This document shows, piece after piece, positions 1-14,135 of a DNA stretch of 64,000 bases (within the stretch, counting starts at the first letter, position 1; each line of letters starts with the position of its first letter). Below the pieces are notes generated by a model that saw nothing but the letters and a program-made list of their open reading frames with translations, was not told where the DNA came from and made no database searches. The stretch is taken from the NCBI GenBank assembly GCA_012295275.1, contig CM022668.1, forward strand, positions 2,542,001 through 2,606,000. The letters are read 5' to 3'. The position numbers and the translations under genes are program-made. The stretch comes from Chrysomallon squamiferum. Its lineage: Eukaryota; Animalia; Mollusca.

Positions 1-534
1 AATAAGAAAATACAAAAATTCAGCATCATTATATATGTCTTGTAAAAATTAATTTTTTAAAAATATAAAAATAAAGAAAGAAATAAAAATTCAGAATGTT
101 TTTTATATGTTTTTTATAGAGTAAAACAGATGTGTTACTATAAATGTAATAATAATAATGAAAAGAATAAATTATTATTATTACTGCTGTTGTTATTATT
201 GATGTATTTATTACTACTACTTTATTATTATTATTATTGCTGTTGTTATTATTAATGTATTTATTACTACTACTACTACTTTTTATTATTATTATTATTG
301 TATTTTGTTGTATTTATTACTACTACTACTTTATTATTATTATTATTATTATTATTATTTTGTTGTATTTAAATTACTACTATTATTTTAATTATTTATT
401 GTTGTTGTTGTTGTTGTTTTATTATAAACTATTTTTAATTAGAACTCAGTCTGTATAAAATTCTTTAATTTTGTTTTTGTTGTTGTTATTTTTTGTTACA
501 AATTCAGTCTGTAATCTTTTACAAATTTGTTCTC

Positions 535-635
<101 letters not shown>

Positions 636-1391
636 TTGTGTAAAGAAGACTGACACACTTTGAGTCATCTAGGTGTTGTCACAGTTAAATTTTCTGCACA
701 TTAATTTTTCTTTCTTATGATTTTTCTCACCTGTAATGATTTTTTTTTTTTTTTCAGTCCATTTCTTTCATTACCACAAAAAAGCTTGAATACTTTTCAA
801 AAGCCAAAATTAATTCTTTGTTATATCATCATTATTATTTTAATTATTTGTAAAACCTTGGAAAGCAAACTGCTTTTAATTAGAATCATTATTAAAATTA
901 GCTGTTCAGACTGCCTATAAAAGAGGGGTTAAATACACAGGTTAATCAATACTGTATTATAAAAATCATTATTGTACTCAGAGAATTTTTTACCTTTCAC
1001 AAAAAAAAAAAAAAAAGAAAGAAAGAAAAAAATTTTTAAAAGGAATAATAATAAAAATCTTGAGACTTTTGTTAAGAAAGAAAAAACCAAAAAGAGGCAA
1101 ATTGATTTTTTTTTCAACTGTTGTTTAACAAGTGTAGCATTTATGTGAGATTTTCTGTGCAACTGAGAATCATAATTATTTAAATGAAATCAAGAAAGTT
1201 ACCTTAATGTTCTAAAATCTGGAAAAAGTAAATTAAGTATTAGCTGATGTATTATTTTACTAAATTTAGTTAATAATTTACTAATGGAAGATATTGTGAA
1301 TTTGTGAAAATAAATCTTTATACCTCAAATATTCCACTCTCTGTAAAAATTTATTTTATTTTATTTTATTTTATTTTATTTCTATACATAT

Positions 1392-1422
<31 letters not shown>

Positions 1423-2218
1423 TTATTTATGTATTTATTTATTTTTATATTATTTATTTTTTATTTTTCACAGATCAAGTATTACCAGGCTTAAAGTTAT
1501 ATTTTTTATTAAGTAGAATTTTTTGAGTAAAAACTAATAAATTTTAAAATATATTTACATATTTTTACAAACAAAAACCATAATCATCACTGGAAATAAT
1601 AAATTAATTAATTAACAATAATGACAACAACAACAACAACAACAACAACAAAAACAACAACAATAATAATAATAATAATAATAATAATTGAAATAATAAA
1701 TAAATAAATAAATAAACAACCAAATAAATAAAAAAAAATATAATAAAAAAATATATTTTTCCTTTATTACTATTTTACAATTAGATTATTATTAAACACT
1801 TAAATCCTTGTTTTCTTTCTCACTTCAAAATGTCATTAAATCAATATCAGTGAATTAACACAGATTATAACCGATTATCTCAGGCTGTTAACAACTGTGT
1901 CTGTATTTTCTCGTCTGTTTATAAGTCTCGTCTGTGTTTGTGCGACTTGTCACAGCGAAACAGACTGGAACTGGCTGTGAATCGGAAACAATTACCACGA
2001 AGAAGTCGAAAATTAGCTCATCTTGAATTTCACATTTCTCCATTTCATAGACAGGAGAGTCTGATGAAGCCATTTTCATAGAACTCTTCAGCATGAGAAG
2101 TCAGGAATTGTGATAAAAGATTTTTTTTTTATGTTTGTTTTTTTTTTTTTTTTTAATTTTGATGAAATGTTGCTTTGCAGGATTGTTTGAATAATATTCC
2201 AGGAATGATATAGATTTT

Positions 2219-2254
<36 letters not shown>

Positions 2255-2666
2255 GAATATTATTTCTTATTGATTTCTTTCCTTTTATTATTATTGTTTT
2301 TCTTTTTTCTTTTTTTTTTTTTTTTTTCTTTCTCTTTTTTTTTTTTTTTTTTTGATTTGTTTTATTCAAGTTTTACATTTCATATTTCTTTTCTTCTTTT
2401 AAATATTAACTTATAACTAAAAAAATTTTTTTTTAAATTTACATGCTTTTATGTAAAATAATACACTCATAAATATTATTTTATTGTATCATGTTATTTT
2501 TATAATAATTACTTTTTTTTGTTTTTAATATTTTTTTTTTTTACTTTTACATTTTTTAAAATGTTGATACAAGACAATGCTGATTCTTCTTACAAATGGA
2601 GTAACATTTTAACTGTGAATCAATCTCAAAGCTGAAGAGTACCTCAGGATTACACAACTCTGCAAA

Positions 2667-2750
2667 ATGTCGTGTTTTTTGTGTTCTGGTTTGAAATCGT
2701 GCTGGAGGACGTTCATCTCATTCTTATTTTGGATGTGCAGACGCAGACAG
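2667..2750 (+). CDS. Candidate alternative first coding exon A: MSCFLCSGLKSCWRTFISFLFWMCRRRQ (28 aa), phase-0 donor
   Basis: gcaaaATG context; 84 nt open frame ending exactly at a strong CAG|GTAAGA donor (GT at 2751). Non-repetitive, CpG-containing sequence upstream (1860-2110) could be promoter/5'UTR. Confidence 0.65.
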
Positions 2751-3027
2751 GTAAGATTTTACCTTTAATGATTAAACTGATTTCAGCTTTCATGTAGTAT
2801 TAGTAAATAAAATATTAATAGTGAAATTTTCCCTTTTTTTAAAAAAACATATACGTTTGAATTTTCGATCTGTTGTGATGAGAAATTTACACCTGGACAG
2901 GTGTTTTACTGGTTCTAAAAATAAAATCTTTTTCAGAATAATTACAGAGCAGCAGTTTACTGATTCTGTGTAAAGCTGTGATTTATTGTTCAGTTGGCTG
3001 GCTGCTGATTTACATGTCATATGGGAG

Positions 3028-3420
3028 GTCATATATTGATGTTACATAGGGACATATATTGATGTTGTATAGGGACATATATTGATGTTGTATAGGGACA
3101 TATACTGATCTTATATAAGGACATATATTGATGTTGTATAGGGACATATACTGATGTTATATAAGGACATATATTCATGTCATATAGGGTTATATATTGA
3201 TGTTATATAAGGACATATATTGATGTTACCTAGGGACATATATTGATGTTATATAGGGACATATATTGATGTTATATAAGGACGTATATTGATGTCATAT
3301 AGGGACATATATTGATGTTATATAGGGACATATATAGGGTTATATATTGATGTTGTATAGGGACATATATTGATGTTACATAGGGACATATACTGATGTC
3401 ATGTTGAGACATATTTTGAT
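3028..3420. repeat. 23-bp minisatellite (ggacatatattgatgttatatag), about 17 copies
   Basis: Period of 23 read directly (3051 to 3074); degenerates toward about 3510. Confidence 0.9.
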
Positions 3421-3754
3421 ATTATATTACGGCTTATTTTCATGTCATGTCAGCATTTATTTTGATGTTGTTTAGGGACTATTTCTGTGTCATACAGGGA
3501 CCTATTTTGGTCTAGTTAGTGTGAATTATTTTTATTACAGTTTCTTGTTTAGTATATGGACAACATTTAGTTTCTTGTACAGAAGCAAATTGGTATAAAA
3601 TTTTGTTTAACACATTTTTATTAGGATTTACTTAACACTTGTTTATAAAGTATAGGAGCTGTATTATTTGTATTTTTTAAATTTAGAACCTACCAATCTT
3701 GATGTTTTTACCAGATTTTTTAAAATCTACATTTGATATTTATGTCATCAAAGT

Positions 3755-3960
3755 ATGGAATATGTTCATACTAATTATGGGATATGTTATGTTCAAACTG
3801 ACTTTGTCTGTGATATGTTCATATTGCCTATGTGTGGAATATGTTCATACTGACTAGGTATAGGATATCTTCATACTGACTAGGTATGAGATATCTTCAT
3901 ACTGACCAGATCTGGGATATGTTCATATTGCTTAGGTCTGGGATGTGTCCACATTGACTA
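3755..3960. repeat. Degenerate ~26-bp tandem repeat (gatatgttcatactgactagg...)
   Basis: ttcatactgac at 3844, 3870 and 3896. Confidence 0.75.
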
Positions 3961-5298
3961 AATGTTTGTGATATTTGTGTGTGTGTGACATGTTAATATT
4001 GTTATGTCAATATTGTCTCAATCACTGAGTCCTGTATACCCAGCTCTAGGAGAAGCAATCATATTAATCTGTGGATATTTACTGTTTAACCTGACAGACT
4101 GATAGATGGGGTTTCCGGGGACTGAGATAAGAACAAGAACGTTTTTGTTGTTGTTGGGTTTCAAGTAGTCACCTGATTGATGTTTCTGCTGGAGAGAAAC
4201 ACCACTCGTGTTTGACTAACTTGAAGCGTTGTTTTCTGTCCAGCAGTGATAGACTTAATTGTCGCAGTGAAACAAAACATCTGTGTTTTCTTCTATGTGT
4301 TAGTGTCACTGCAGAGCAGTTTGTTTGTTGTGTTGTGTTGTTTATTTTGTGTTGTTTTTGTGTTGTTTGTATTTTGTTTTGTGTGATGTTGTTGTGTTGT
4401 GCTGTGTGTTGTGTTAATTTTGTGTTTGTGTTGTGTTGTTTTGTTTGCTTTGTGTTGTGTTGTTTTGTTTATTTTGTGTTGTGTTTTGTGTTTTGTTTTG
4501 TGTTTTGTTGTGTTGTGATGTGTTGTAGGTCTGTTTCTCCAAGTAGATGTAACTCAGAGATTTATAGGAAGTGATTGGGTTTAATAGCATAATAAATATT
4601 TTATTGGTTGGTGTGTGTGTGCATCTGGGTAAGTGTGTATATGTGTGTACGTACGTATGTATGTATGTATGAATGTATGTATGTATGTGTGTATGTATGT
4701 ACGTACGTACGTATGTATGTATGTATGTATGTATGTGTGTGTGTGTCTATGTACGTACGTATGTATGTATGTATATATGTATGTGCGTGTATGTATGTAT
4801 GTATGTATGTATGTATATGTATGTATATGAACAATATACTACATAATATAATAGTCACAATTTCTTCTTATGTTCTAAAGGAAGATATCAGACATTATGA
4901 AAAAATATACCATACTTTTAATGATTTTCAAAATTCAAAACATAATCAAAAAAATTTAATATTTAAATATTGGTAGTATTTTCAAATTTCAAAGAAAGAA
5001 ACTGACATTATAAAAAAATACTGTATAATATACTCATTGCAGTTTTCTTTTAAAATTTCAAACGTTATTAAAAATCTGCTGTAGAATAAAAAATTTATTT
5101 TTAAAGCTTTGAAGAAATATTTCAGAAATATTTCTACTGTAAAGTGTCTTCATTGGTTAATAATATTGGTTACAATTTCTTCTTAAAGTTTCTAAGATAG
5201 ATTTCAGATATTAATGAAAAATCTGCTGTATAATTTCGTGAAAGATTATTAAGAATTAACTCTATAGTATGATCACTAGCAGCAAAATCATTCCACAG

Positions 5299-5391
<93 letters not shown>

Positions 5392-5734
5392 AAGACAAAC
5401 GAGTGTGTATGTTTCTGTAGCACCAACTGACCACACAAGCAGATGCGCTGGGTCTGATTGGGTTATTGTGAAAGTTTTAGCCCAGATGGGAAAAGGGTTT
5501 TGTGATGTGTGACTTTCTCGACATTTCTGCAATGCAAATACGATGTGGTCTGCAGCGTTGCGACGTTCCTACAATGAGACGAAGCCGATCACGTCACTTT
5601 AATCATTTTAAATGGTGGCTTTGTCATGACTCTGGGTATCGAGTTTCAGTAATTAAAATACTTTATTTGTCTTCCCTGTCTAATGCACTTAGTTCTGTTT
5701 GACCTAACTCACTATGTCCAGTGTCGTTTTTCTC

Positions 5735-6595
5735 CCACTCTCTCTAGATTTACTTTTATTTAGATTTTATTGTCTCTCTCTAGATTTAGTCTTATTCAGA
5801 CTTTTGTTTTCTGTCTTATTCTCTTTCTAAATTTATTTAGATTTTTCTCTCACTCTCTAGATTTGCTTTTATTTAGATTTTTTCTCAAACACTGTAGATT
5901 TAGTCTTATTTAGATTTCTCTCTGGATTTATTTATATTTAGATATTTCTTTCATTCTCTAGATTTAGTTTTATTTCGATTTTTCTCTCACTCTTTAGATT
6001 TATTCTTATTAAGATTATTCTCTAACTCTCTAGATTTAATTTTATTTAGATTTTTTCTCTCTCTAGATTTAGTCTTATTTAGATGTTTCTCTCACTCTCT
6101 CTAGAAAATAGTCTTAGATTTTTCTCTCACTCTCTAGATTTAGTCTTATTCAGATTTTTGTCTTCATTTTTTTCTTTCTAGATTAACCTAGATTTTTCTT
6201 TTTAGTTTTTTTTTTTTTTTCTCAGTCTCTAGATTTTTCTTTCACACTCTAGATTTATTCTTACACATTTATTTCTGTTTTCTCTTTCTAGATTTAGTTT
6301 TATTTCAGTTTTAGTTTCTCTCTCTCTCTAGATTCATTTATACTTAAATTCTGGTGTTCTGTGTTTTTCTCTAACTTTCTAGATTTAGTCATATTTAGAT
6401 TCTAGTTTCTTTGTTTCCCTCATCCTCTAGATTTATTTGTTATTTAGATTTTTTTTTTCTGTTTTTCTTTCACTGTCTAGATTTATTCATATTTACATTT
6501 TTCTCGCTCTCTGTTTTCCGATTTATTCAGATTTCGATTCTTCCCTGTCTCTCTGTCTCTAGATGTATTTCATATTTATACTTTAGATTTCACAT
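5735..6595. repeat. Degenerate minisatellite built on ctctagatttagtcttatttagattt
   Basis: Numerous TCTAGATT/TTAGATT motifs at roughly 35-bp spacing. Confidence 0.8.
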
Positions 6596-6876
6596 TTCCA
6601 GGATTAATGTCTACCACTGTGGACCTAATTAGCTTGACCTAAACTCTGAATTGCCCAGAACCAAGTCTAATCTCTTTATTTAACTCTGTAATAACTAAGA
6701 ATATGTTGTGTTTAAAACGTTTCCAGCTGTAGATTTTTTTAACAAGCACAGATCACGTGATTCTGTCTCAGACAGTTTCAACAAAAGGAATTAGAAATAT
6801 AATGTGTTTGGAATAAATTTAAAATTATATATATAAAAAAATAAAATTATTATTATTATTATCATCATCATCATCA

Positions 6877-6917
<41 letters not shown>

Positions 6918-7005
6918 ATTATTATTATTATCATCATCATCACCATCATCATTATTGTTATTATTATTAATATTAAACTCTATTTCTTTTAATTTTATTA
7001 ATATT

Positions 7006-7038
<33 letters not shown>

Positions 7039-7654
7039 AAATTAAAGAATGTTAATTCTCTGTATTTATATCAAATTTTAGAAATCTGGCAAATCTGTTA
7101 CAGGTTTAACTGTAACATGATGTCATTGTACTGAAACTAGATGTAACTAGATTTATTAGATTTATTAGATAAACCAGTTTCTACTTCAGTATCACACTAA
7201 TTTCATTAGTCTGTTGAAGAATTGTTACTCAGAAATGTTTAAAATATGTTCCTAGTTAGATTTACTTGTAGTTCAAGTGATTTGACAGTATCATGTTGTT
7301 TATAGTTTTTATTTTTATTTTTATTTATTTGTTTATTTGTTTATTTTATTTTATTTATTTATTTATTTAATTTATTTATTTATTTATTTTAGTTATTTAT
7401 TTATTTTATTTTATTTTATTTTATTTTGTTTAGTTTTTTATTCATTCATTAATTATTTGTTTGTTTGTTTGTATTTTTTATTATTATTTTATTTATTTAT
7501 TTATTTAATTTATTTTATTTTTATTTTATTCTGTTTTTCAATTATTTTATAACCATTATAATTCTTTTAAATTATTATTATTTTTTTAAAATTTTATTTT
7601 ACTTTATATTATTTTTTATTTGTAATCTGCTATAATTTCAACAAGTAGTCAGTG

Positions 7655-8290
7655 TTTGGGATTGATCCTATAATCTACCAGTTTTAAAACTTTAACCACA
7701 AAATATTCAAGATTTAACACTTTTGACTCTAGAATCAAAACTGTACTTCAACATGCCATTACCAGGATTAGATCCTACACTCTTTCTGCTTCAGTACTTT
7801 GAGGTTTAACCATAATGTTATTAGAGATGTATTCTAGCTAATTTTGGCTGCTGTGTGGATTTGATCCGACAATCTCTCAGATTCAACAGTTCAGGTTTCA
7901 AGCAGAGTGTCATAAAAAGATGTGTTATAGATTTTTTTCAGCTGAAGTTTCAGATCAATGAGCCATTATCTGGATTTGAGCCTAAGACCTATCAGCTTCA
8001 GTCCTTTGAGGTTTAACCGTAATTTTATAACCACTTGTATTTCACTATTTTCAGAAATAAGAATTAATAGGCTTTTATGTGGAGTTGATCCTAAAGTCTA
8101 CCAGTTCAAACATTTTGAGTTTTTATCACAATTTCATAAAAAAAAATACATTCTTTTTGCTCTTATTTTGATTTAACCCTGAATCTATCATCTTTAATAC
8201 TTCAAGTTTTAACCATAAAAAAAATATATTCTAATATCTTTTGAATCAAAAATCTACCATCTTTAATACCATCAATTTCTTAAGCATAAT
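7655..8290 (-). repeat. Tandem degenerate tRNA-like/SINE-head units
   Basis: Recurring GGATTTGATCC...CTACCAG...TTTAACCA units; the reverse complement resembles TGGTTAAA...GGATCAAATCC (A/B-box-like). Confidence 0.5.
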
Positions 8291-9777
8291 AATATATACT
8301 CAAGACATTTTCTGAGGTTTCAAAATAGGAGATAAATTCAATGACTTTTCATAAATTACAGTTCACTTGTGCTGGTCACTTTTGCTTGGGACACTTTGTA
8401 TTGATTATTGAACTGACCATAACTGACCATCCAGTCTTAGCTCTGTAATTACATCTCTGACCACTTCTTGCTGGACATAAGGTCAGTTACTGTGGCCAGG
8501 GTAAGAAGTAACATTTGATTGGTTCTTGTAGTGTTTATCATCTTCAGTTACAAGTAAACAAGTCACTAATATTTTTGGTGTGGAATCAATTCCTGGCTGA
8601 GGGTTGTGGGTTCAAATCTTGATACTGGATAGAAAGATAAAAATTAAATAGGAGGATTTAAATGCTGTAGTTTCTTTTTTTTTCTTCTTCTTTTTTTTCC
8701 CATTTTTAATCTGCAAATTTATTTAAGATTTATAATATATATATAATAAAATAAATAAACAAAAATAAACAAACAAACAAACAAACAAATAAATCATTAA
8801 ACAATAAAGAAAAGCCTCCAAATCCTCCCAAATAGACAACAAAAAAATAAAAAAATAAATAAATATAAAAATATATAAAAAACACAAACAAAAACCTTCA
8901 TAACCTTGTTTTATTATATATATATATAGATATATATCCTATCTTATTATATAAAATATTAGTCAAAAAAAGTAAAGCATTTATAAAACCATCTCACTTT
9001 CTCATTCTTCCTTTCTTTCTCTCAGTATCTCCACACACGCACACACATATACACACACACACACATACACAGAGATATAAATATTAATATAATGTGCTGC
9101 TGGGCTGGGGTGATGTTACATCTCCTTTCATTAGTCTCAGTGTGCTGCAGCTGGCATTTTGCCTGCTCTTGGTGTATTACTGCAGCAGTTGACTTTATCG
9201 AAGTATGGCCAAATCTTTTTTCTTTTTTTTTTTTTTTTATTGATTGGCAATCGCCAGCCTCCTCCATATCTGATAAAACGTTACGGGATGCCACAAATTT
9301 GTTCCAAGTAGGAATAATTTCCAAAACACAGCGCTACCCACAGTTTTATTTATTTATTCTGAACTATGCAGTTTTAGTGTTTTCTCAGTACAGTTTGATT
9401 CAGGAGGAGGCAGTCTAATCATCTGATCACAGAGTTAATTGGAGAAGTAAAAAAATAAATAAAAAACTTTTCTTGTTGTTGCGTGATGGTTTTTGAGTTG
9501 TGTGTATTTCACAAACAGAACTGACTGTATATTGATATAAATGTCAGAAACAGGAGGGAAAAACTGCTCCCCTGTTGAATCCAGCGCAAACCACAAAATT
9601 ATATGGCAGAGCTGAAGCTGTTATGAATTTGTGAGTTGGAAATGTTTGCTCGTGGATATTAGTTGATATTTGTGAAGAGAGAGAGAGAGAGAGCCCAGTT
9701 CTTCTGTCACTCATAATTCATGTTGTGTGTGTATCCACAGTTTCTTCTCAGTCTGCTCTGAAAGACACAACCACAAA

Positions 9778-10467
9778 ATGGCCATCGACAACATCTACGC
9801 CGAGGTCGGTGAATGCTGCAGTGCGAAGGATTCAACTGGATCCAGCTTAAAGGACAACAACGCGGAATCCAGTCGGAAGGGTTTTCCGGAATCCGGTAAT
9901 AATGAGGTTGGAGGTTACGACGAGAATGTAAATTTTACATTTTGTTCCAGGCTAAAAGACAGAGCTGGGTCTACCTTGAAGGATACTGCAAGTTGCAGCT
10001 TAAAGGATTTTGAAAATAGCAGCTTAAAGGATAATCCTGGATCAGATTTAAATGATTTGTCAGATTACAATCTGAACAATATAACAGCTTCTAGGAAAAA
10101 GGACACAGGACATTCTAACCTAAAACCTGACAAGGATACTTCACAGTCTAACCTAAGATCTAACAAGGATACTTCAAATTCCAGTCAACAGCCTTTAAAG
10201 GATACTCAAGAATCCAGTCTACGGCTTCTCAAGGATATGTCATGTTGCAGCCCAAAGCCTGTTAGGAATAAACAAGTGTCCAGCCTAAAACCTAACAAGG
10301 ATACTCTAGGTTCCAGTCTAAACCCTGTGAAGGATACATCAGGATACAGCTTAAAGGATATGGCTGCTTCCAGCATTTCGACCCTGTCAGCTGGAGTGAA
10401 GGAAGGAACCAAAGAATTAGTGAGAGTCCTCTACAGTCCATTCCACTGCTGTCGAAAAAAACATCCG
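9778..10467 (+). CDS. Coding exon B (230 aa, Ser/Lys/Asp-rich, probably disordered, internal 8- and 11-aa repeats), likely an alternative first exon, phase-0 donor
   Basis: Only long ORF not derived from simple repeats. caaaATGG context, GC higher than flanks, ends ...FHCCRKKHP at CCG|GTAGGT (GT at 10468), followed by AT-rich repeats. Confidence 0.85.
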
Positions 10468-10817
10468 GTAGGTTTATGTATATATATAAACTAAAACCAT
10501 ACAACTATACAACTATATAACTATATATATAAAACTAAAACCATACAACTATACAACTATACAACTATACAACTATATATATATATATATATATATATAC
10601 ATCCGGTAGGTTTCTCTGTATATATAAAACTAAAACCATACAACTATATAACTATACATATATATATATACATCCGGTAGGTTTCTCTTTATATATAAAA
10701 CTAAAACCATACAACTATATAACTATAAAACTATACAACTATATATATATATATATATACATCCGGTAGGTTTCTGTATATATATAAAACTAAAACCATA
10801 CAACTATATAACTATAA

Positions 10818-10852
<35 letters not shown>

Positions 10853-10911
10853 CGGTAGGTTTCTGTTTATATATAAAACTAAAACCATACAACTATATAA
10901 CTATAAAACTA

Positions 10912-10949
<38 letters not shown>

Positions 10950-11220
10950 CGGTAGGTTTCTGTATATATAAAACTAAACTATACAACTATACAACTATTC
11001 ATATATATATATATACATCCGGTAGGTTTCTGTATATATAAAACTAAAACCATACAACTATATAACTCTATATATATATATATATATCCGGTAGGTTTCT
11101 GTTTATATATAAAACTAAAACCATACAACTATATAACTATATATATATATATATATATATATACATCCGGTAGGTTTCTCTTTATATATAAAACTAAAAC
11201 CATACAACTATACAACTATA

Positions 11221-11251
<31 letters not shown>

Positions 11252-11543
11252 CCGGTAGGTTTCTCTTTATATATAAAACTAAAACCATACAACTATACAA
11301 CTATATAACTATATATATATATATATCCGGTAGGTTTCTCTTTATATATAAAACTAAAACCATACAACTATATAACTATACAACTATTCATATATATATA
11401 TATATATATCGGTAGGTTTCTCTTTATATATAAAACTAAAACCATACAACTATATAACTATATAACTATAACTATATATATATATATATATCCGGTAGGT
11501 TTCTCTTTATATATAAAACTAAAACCATATATATAACTATAAA

Positions 11544-11611
<68 letters not shown>

Positions 11612-11771
11612 TATATATATAAAACTAAAACCATACAACTATATAACTATATAACTATAACTATATATATATATATATATATATATAAAACTAAAACCAT
11701 ATAACTATATAACTATACAACTATTCATATATATACATCTGGTATATATAAAACTAAAACCATACACTATA

Positions 11772-11802
<31 letters not shown>

Positions 11803-11939
11803 CCTGTAGGTTTCTCTTTATATATAAAACTAAAACCATACAACTATATATATATATTTATATATATATATATATACATCTGGTAGGTTTCTCTTTATAT
11901 ATAAAACTAAAACCATACAACTATATAACTATATAACTA

Positions 11940-11979
<40 letters not shown>

Positions 11980-12125
11980 TGTAGGTTTCTCTTTATATAT
12001 AAAACTAAAACCATACAACTATATAACTATACAACTATTCATATATATATATATATATATATATACACATCTGGTAGGTTTCTCTTTATATATAAAACTA
12101 AAACCATACAACTATATAACTATAT
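10461..12125 (+). repeat. Minisatellite (~70-95 bp, about 20 units) containing the exon B end and donor, with variable (TA)n
   Basis: Unit catccgGTAGGTttct..tatatataaaactaaaaccatacaactata(ta)n. Confidence 0.95.
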
Positions 12126-12808
12126 ATATGTATATATATATATGTGTGTGTGTATATATATATTAATTTTGTTTAAAGGCAAAACCTACAGATATATGTG
12201 GATATCTGTGTAACTGTGTATGAATGGTTATATATGTATATGCATATGTATATATGGATGTATATATATATATATATATTAAATGTATGCTTGTATATAT
12301 ATGTATCTATCTATGTATGTATGTATGTATGTATGTATGTATGTTTGTATGTATGTATGTATGTATGTACCAGAGTCTGTGTGTGTATATATTAAATGTT
12401 ATTTTAGTAGTATTCACTATATCAGATGTCATGAAATAATATTCATTTATTCATTTGCTATACCCACTGCACTGATTCATACTGTTATTCACTTTGTGAT
12501 TTGTATTTTTAACAATAACTAGAACATTTCCTATTCATTTCAACTGAGTTCACTATTTCAGTTTCTAGTGTCTATTTAAAAAGAGACAAACTCTTCCAAG
12601 TTTTAGTCACTGCACAAGGAGTATGTGTTTATCACTGTGCTATATCCCATTCCAACTTGTACTCAGACAAGTTTATTGGAGATGTTTCCTCACTAGAATA
12701 TTAAAAAACTGCTTTGCTGCTTTTATGTATCTCACTGGACTGCTACCAGTGTGTGTCCTGTCTGAAAACTTTATATATAATATGTAATTATGTCTCACAG
12801 ATACCATG

Positions 12809-12858
<50 letters not shown>

Positions 12859-13280
12859 TCAGATAGAAGATATATACAGATAGACAGATAGACTGTATAA
12901 ATGTATATGTATATATATATATACATACATACATACATACATACATACATACATACATACATTTATACAGTCTATATATATATATATATACACACACACA
13001 CAAACAAACACACACACACATGGTCAGATAGAAGATATATACAGATAGACAGATAGACTGTATAAATGTATGTATGTATATATATACATACATACACACA
13101 TACATACATACATACACATACATACATACATACATACATACATATGCATACATACATACATACATACATACATACATACATACAAACATACACACATACA
13201 TACAGAGATATAGATAAAGAAAAATAGAGATAGGCAAGATGGGTAGAAAGACAGAGATATATAGACACATATATATATAC

Positions 13281-13313
<33 letters not shown>

Positions 13314-14104
13314 TAAATAATAGTCAGATGTACAGAAATTAACAAATTTTAGTTTTCTTACAAAAATGACTTGTTAGCAGTGAGCTCATTTGAATGGTTT
13401 ACCAAGCAGTTAGCTATAGTCACCTGGGTATCGATGTCTGTCATACATTTACCAGCGTCATACATCATTTGTTAATTGTGTCTCCCTCTTTGTTCAATGT
13501 GGTAATTAATTCTGTGTAATTGACTTTTATGGCTAAAACATGACAACTGAGTGTAATGTTTACTGATGAAGTTGAAAAAGGTCTTTGAAATACAACAATA
13601 AAAGTTTTTCAGGTTGCCTTGCAGCAAAACATTTTTCAGTGATGAAAATGTGTTGATATTTATAAATGTACTTATTTTTTTTTTACTTTTTATTGTTTAT
13701 TTGTAACAATAATAGCAACAGCACCAACTACTGCTACTGCCTCAACCCAGAATAATAACAGCAACAGTGGTGATGTGGTGATGATGATTATGATGATGTT
13801 GATTATTATTATATTATTTGAATGATATTAACAACAGCAACAACAACAGTAACATTAATAATAATTTATCATTCATTCAAATCATTCATAAATTCACTTT
13901 GTATTCCTTTTATTCACATATTCATTCTTTCACACACTTTTTTTATTCATTTCTCCAACTGGTTTATTCATTACAAGAAATTAATTTCTCTGTTACATAA
14001 TAAAACCTTCAGTCAATGATTGGTTTAATATTAATTTAAATATAAAACTGTTCTGAGTAGACTTACAGTTTTATCCTATTTTCTTTATTTTCCTCTGTCT
14101 TTAG

Positions 14105-14135
14105 ATATAACTTGGTTTTCATTAACACAACACTG
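14105..14135 (+). other. Candidate 31-nt cassette exon
   Basis: Long polypyrimidine tract ending ...cctctgtctttag|, with a strong CTG|GTAAGT donor 31 nt later. Confidence 0.45.

Noticed and set aside
8441-8506. AGG|GTAAGA donor-like site
   Set aside because: No initiator ATG and no good polypyrimidine tract.
10206-10504. Minus-strand ORFs over exon B
   Set aside because: Shadows of the + strand coding exon.
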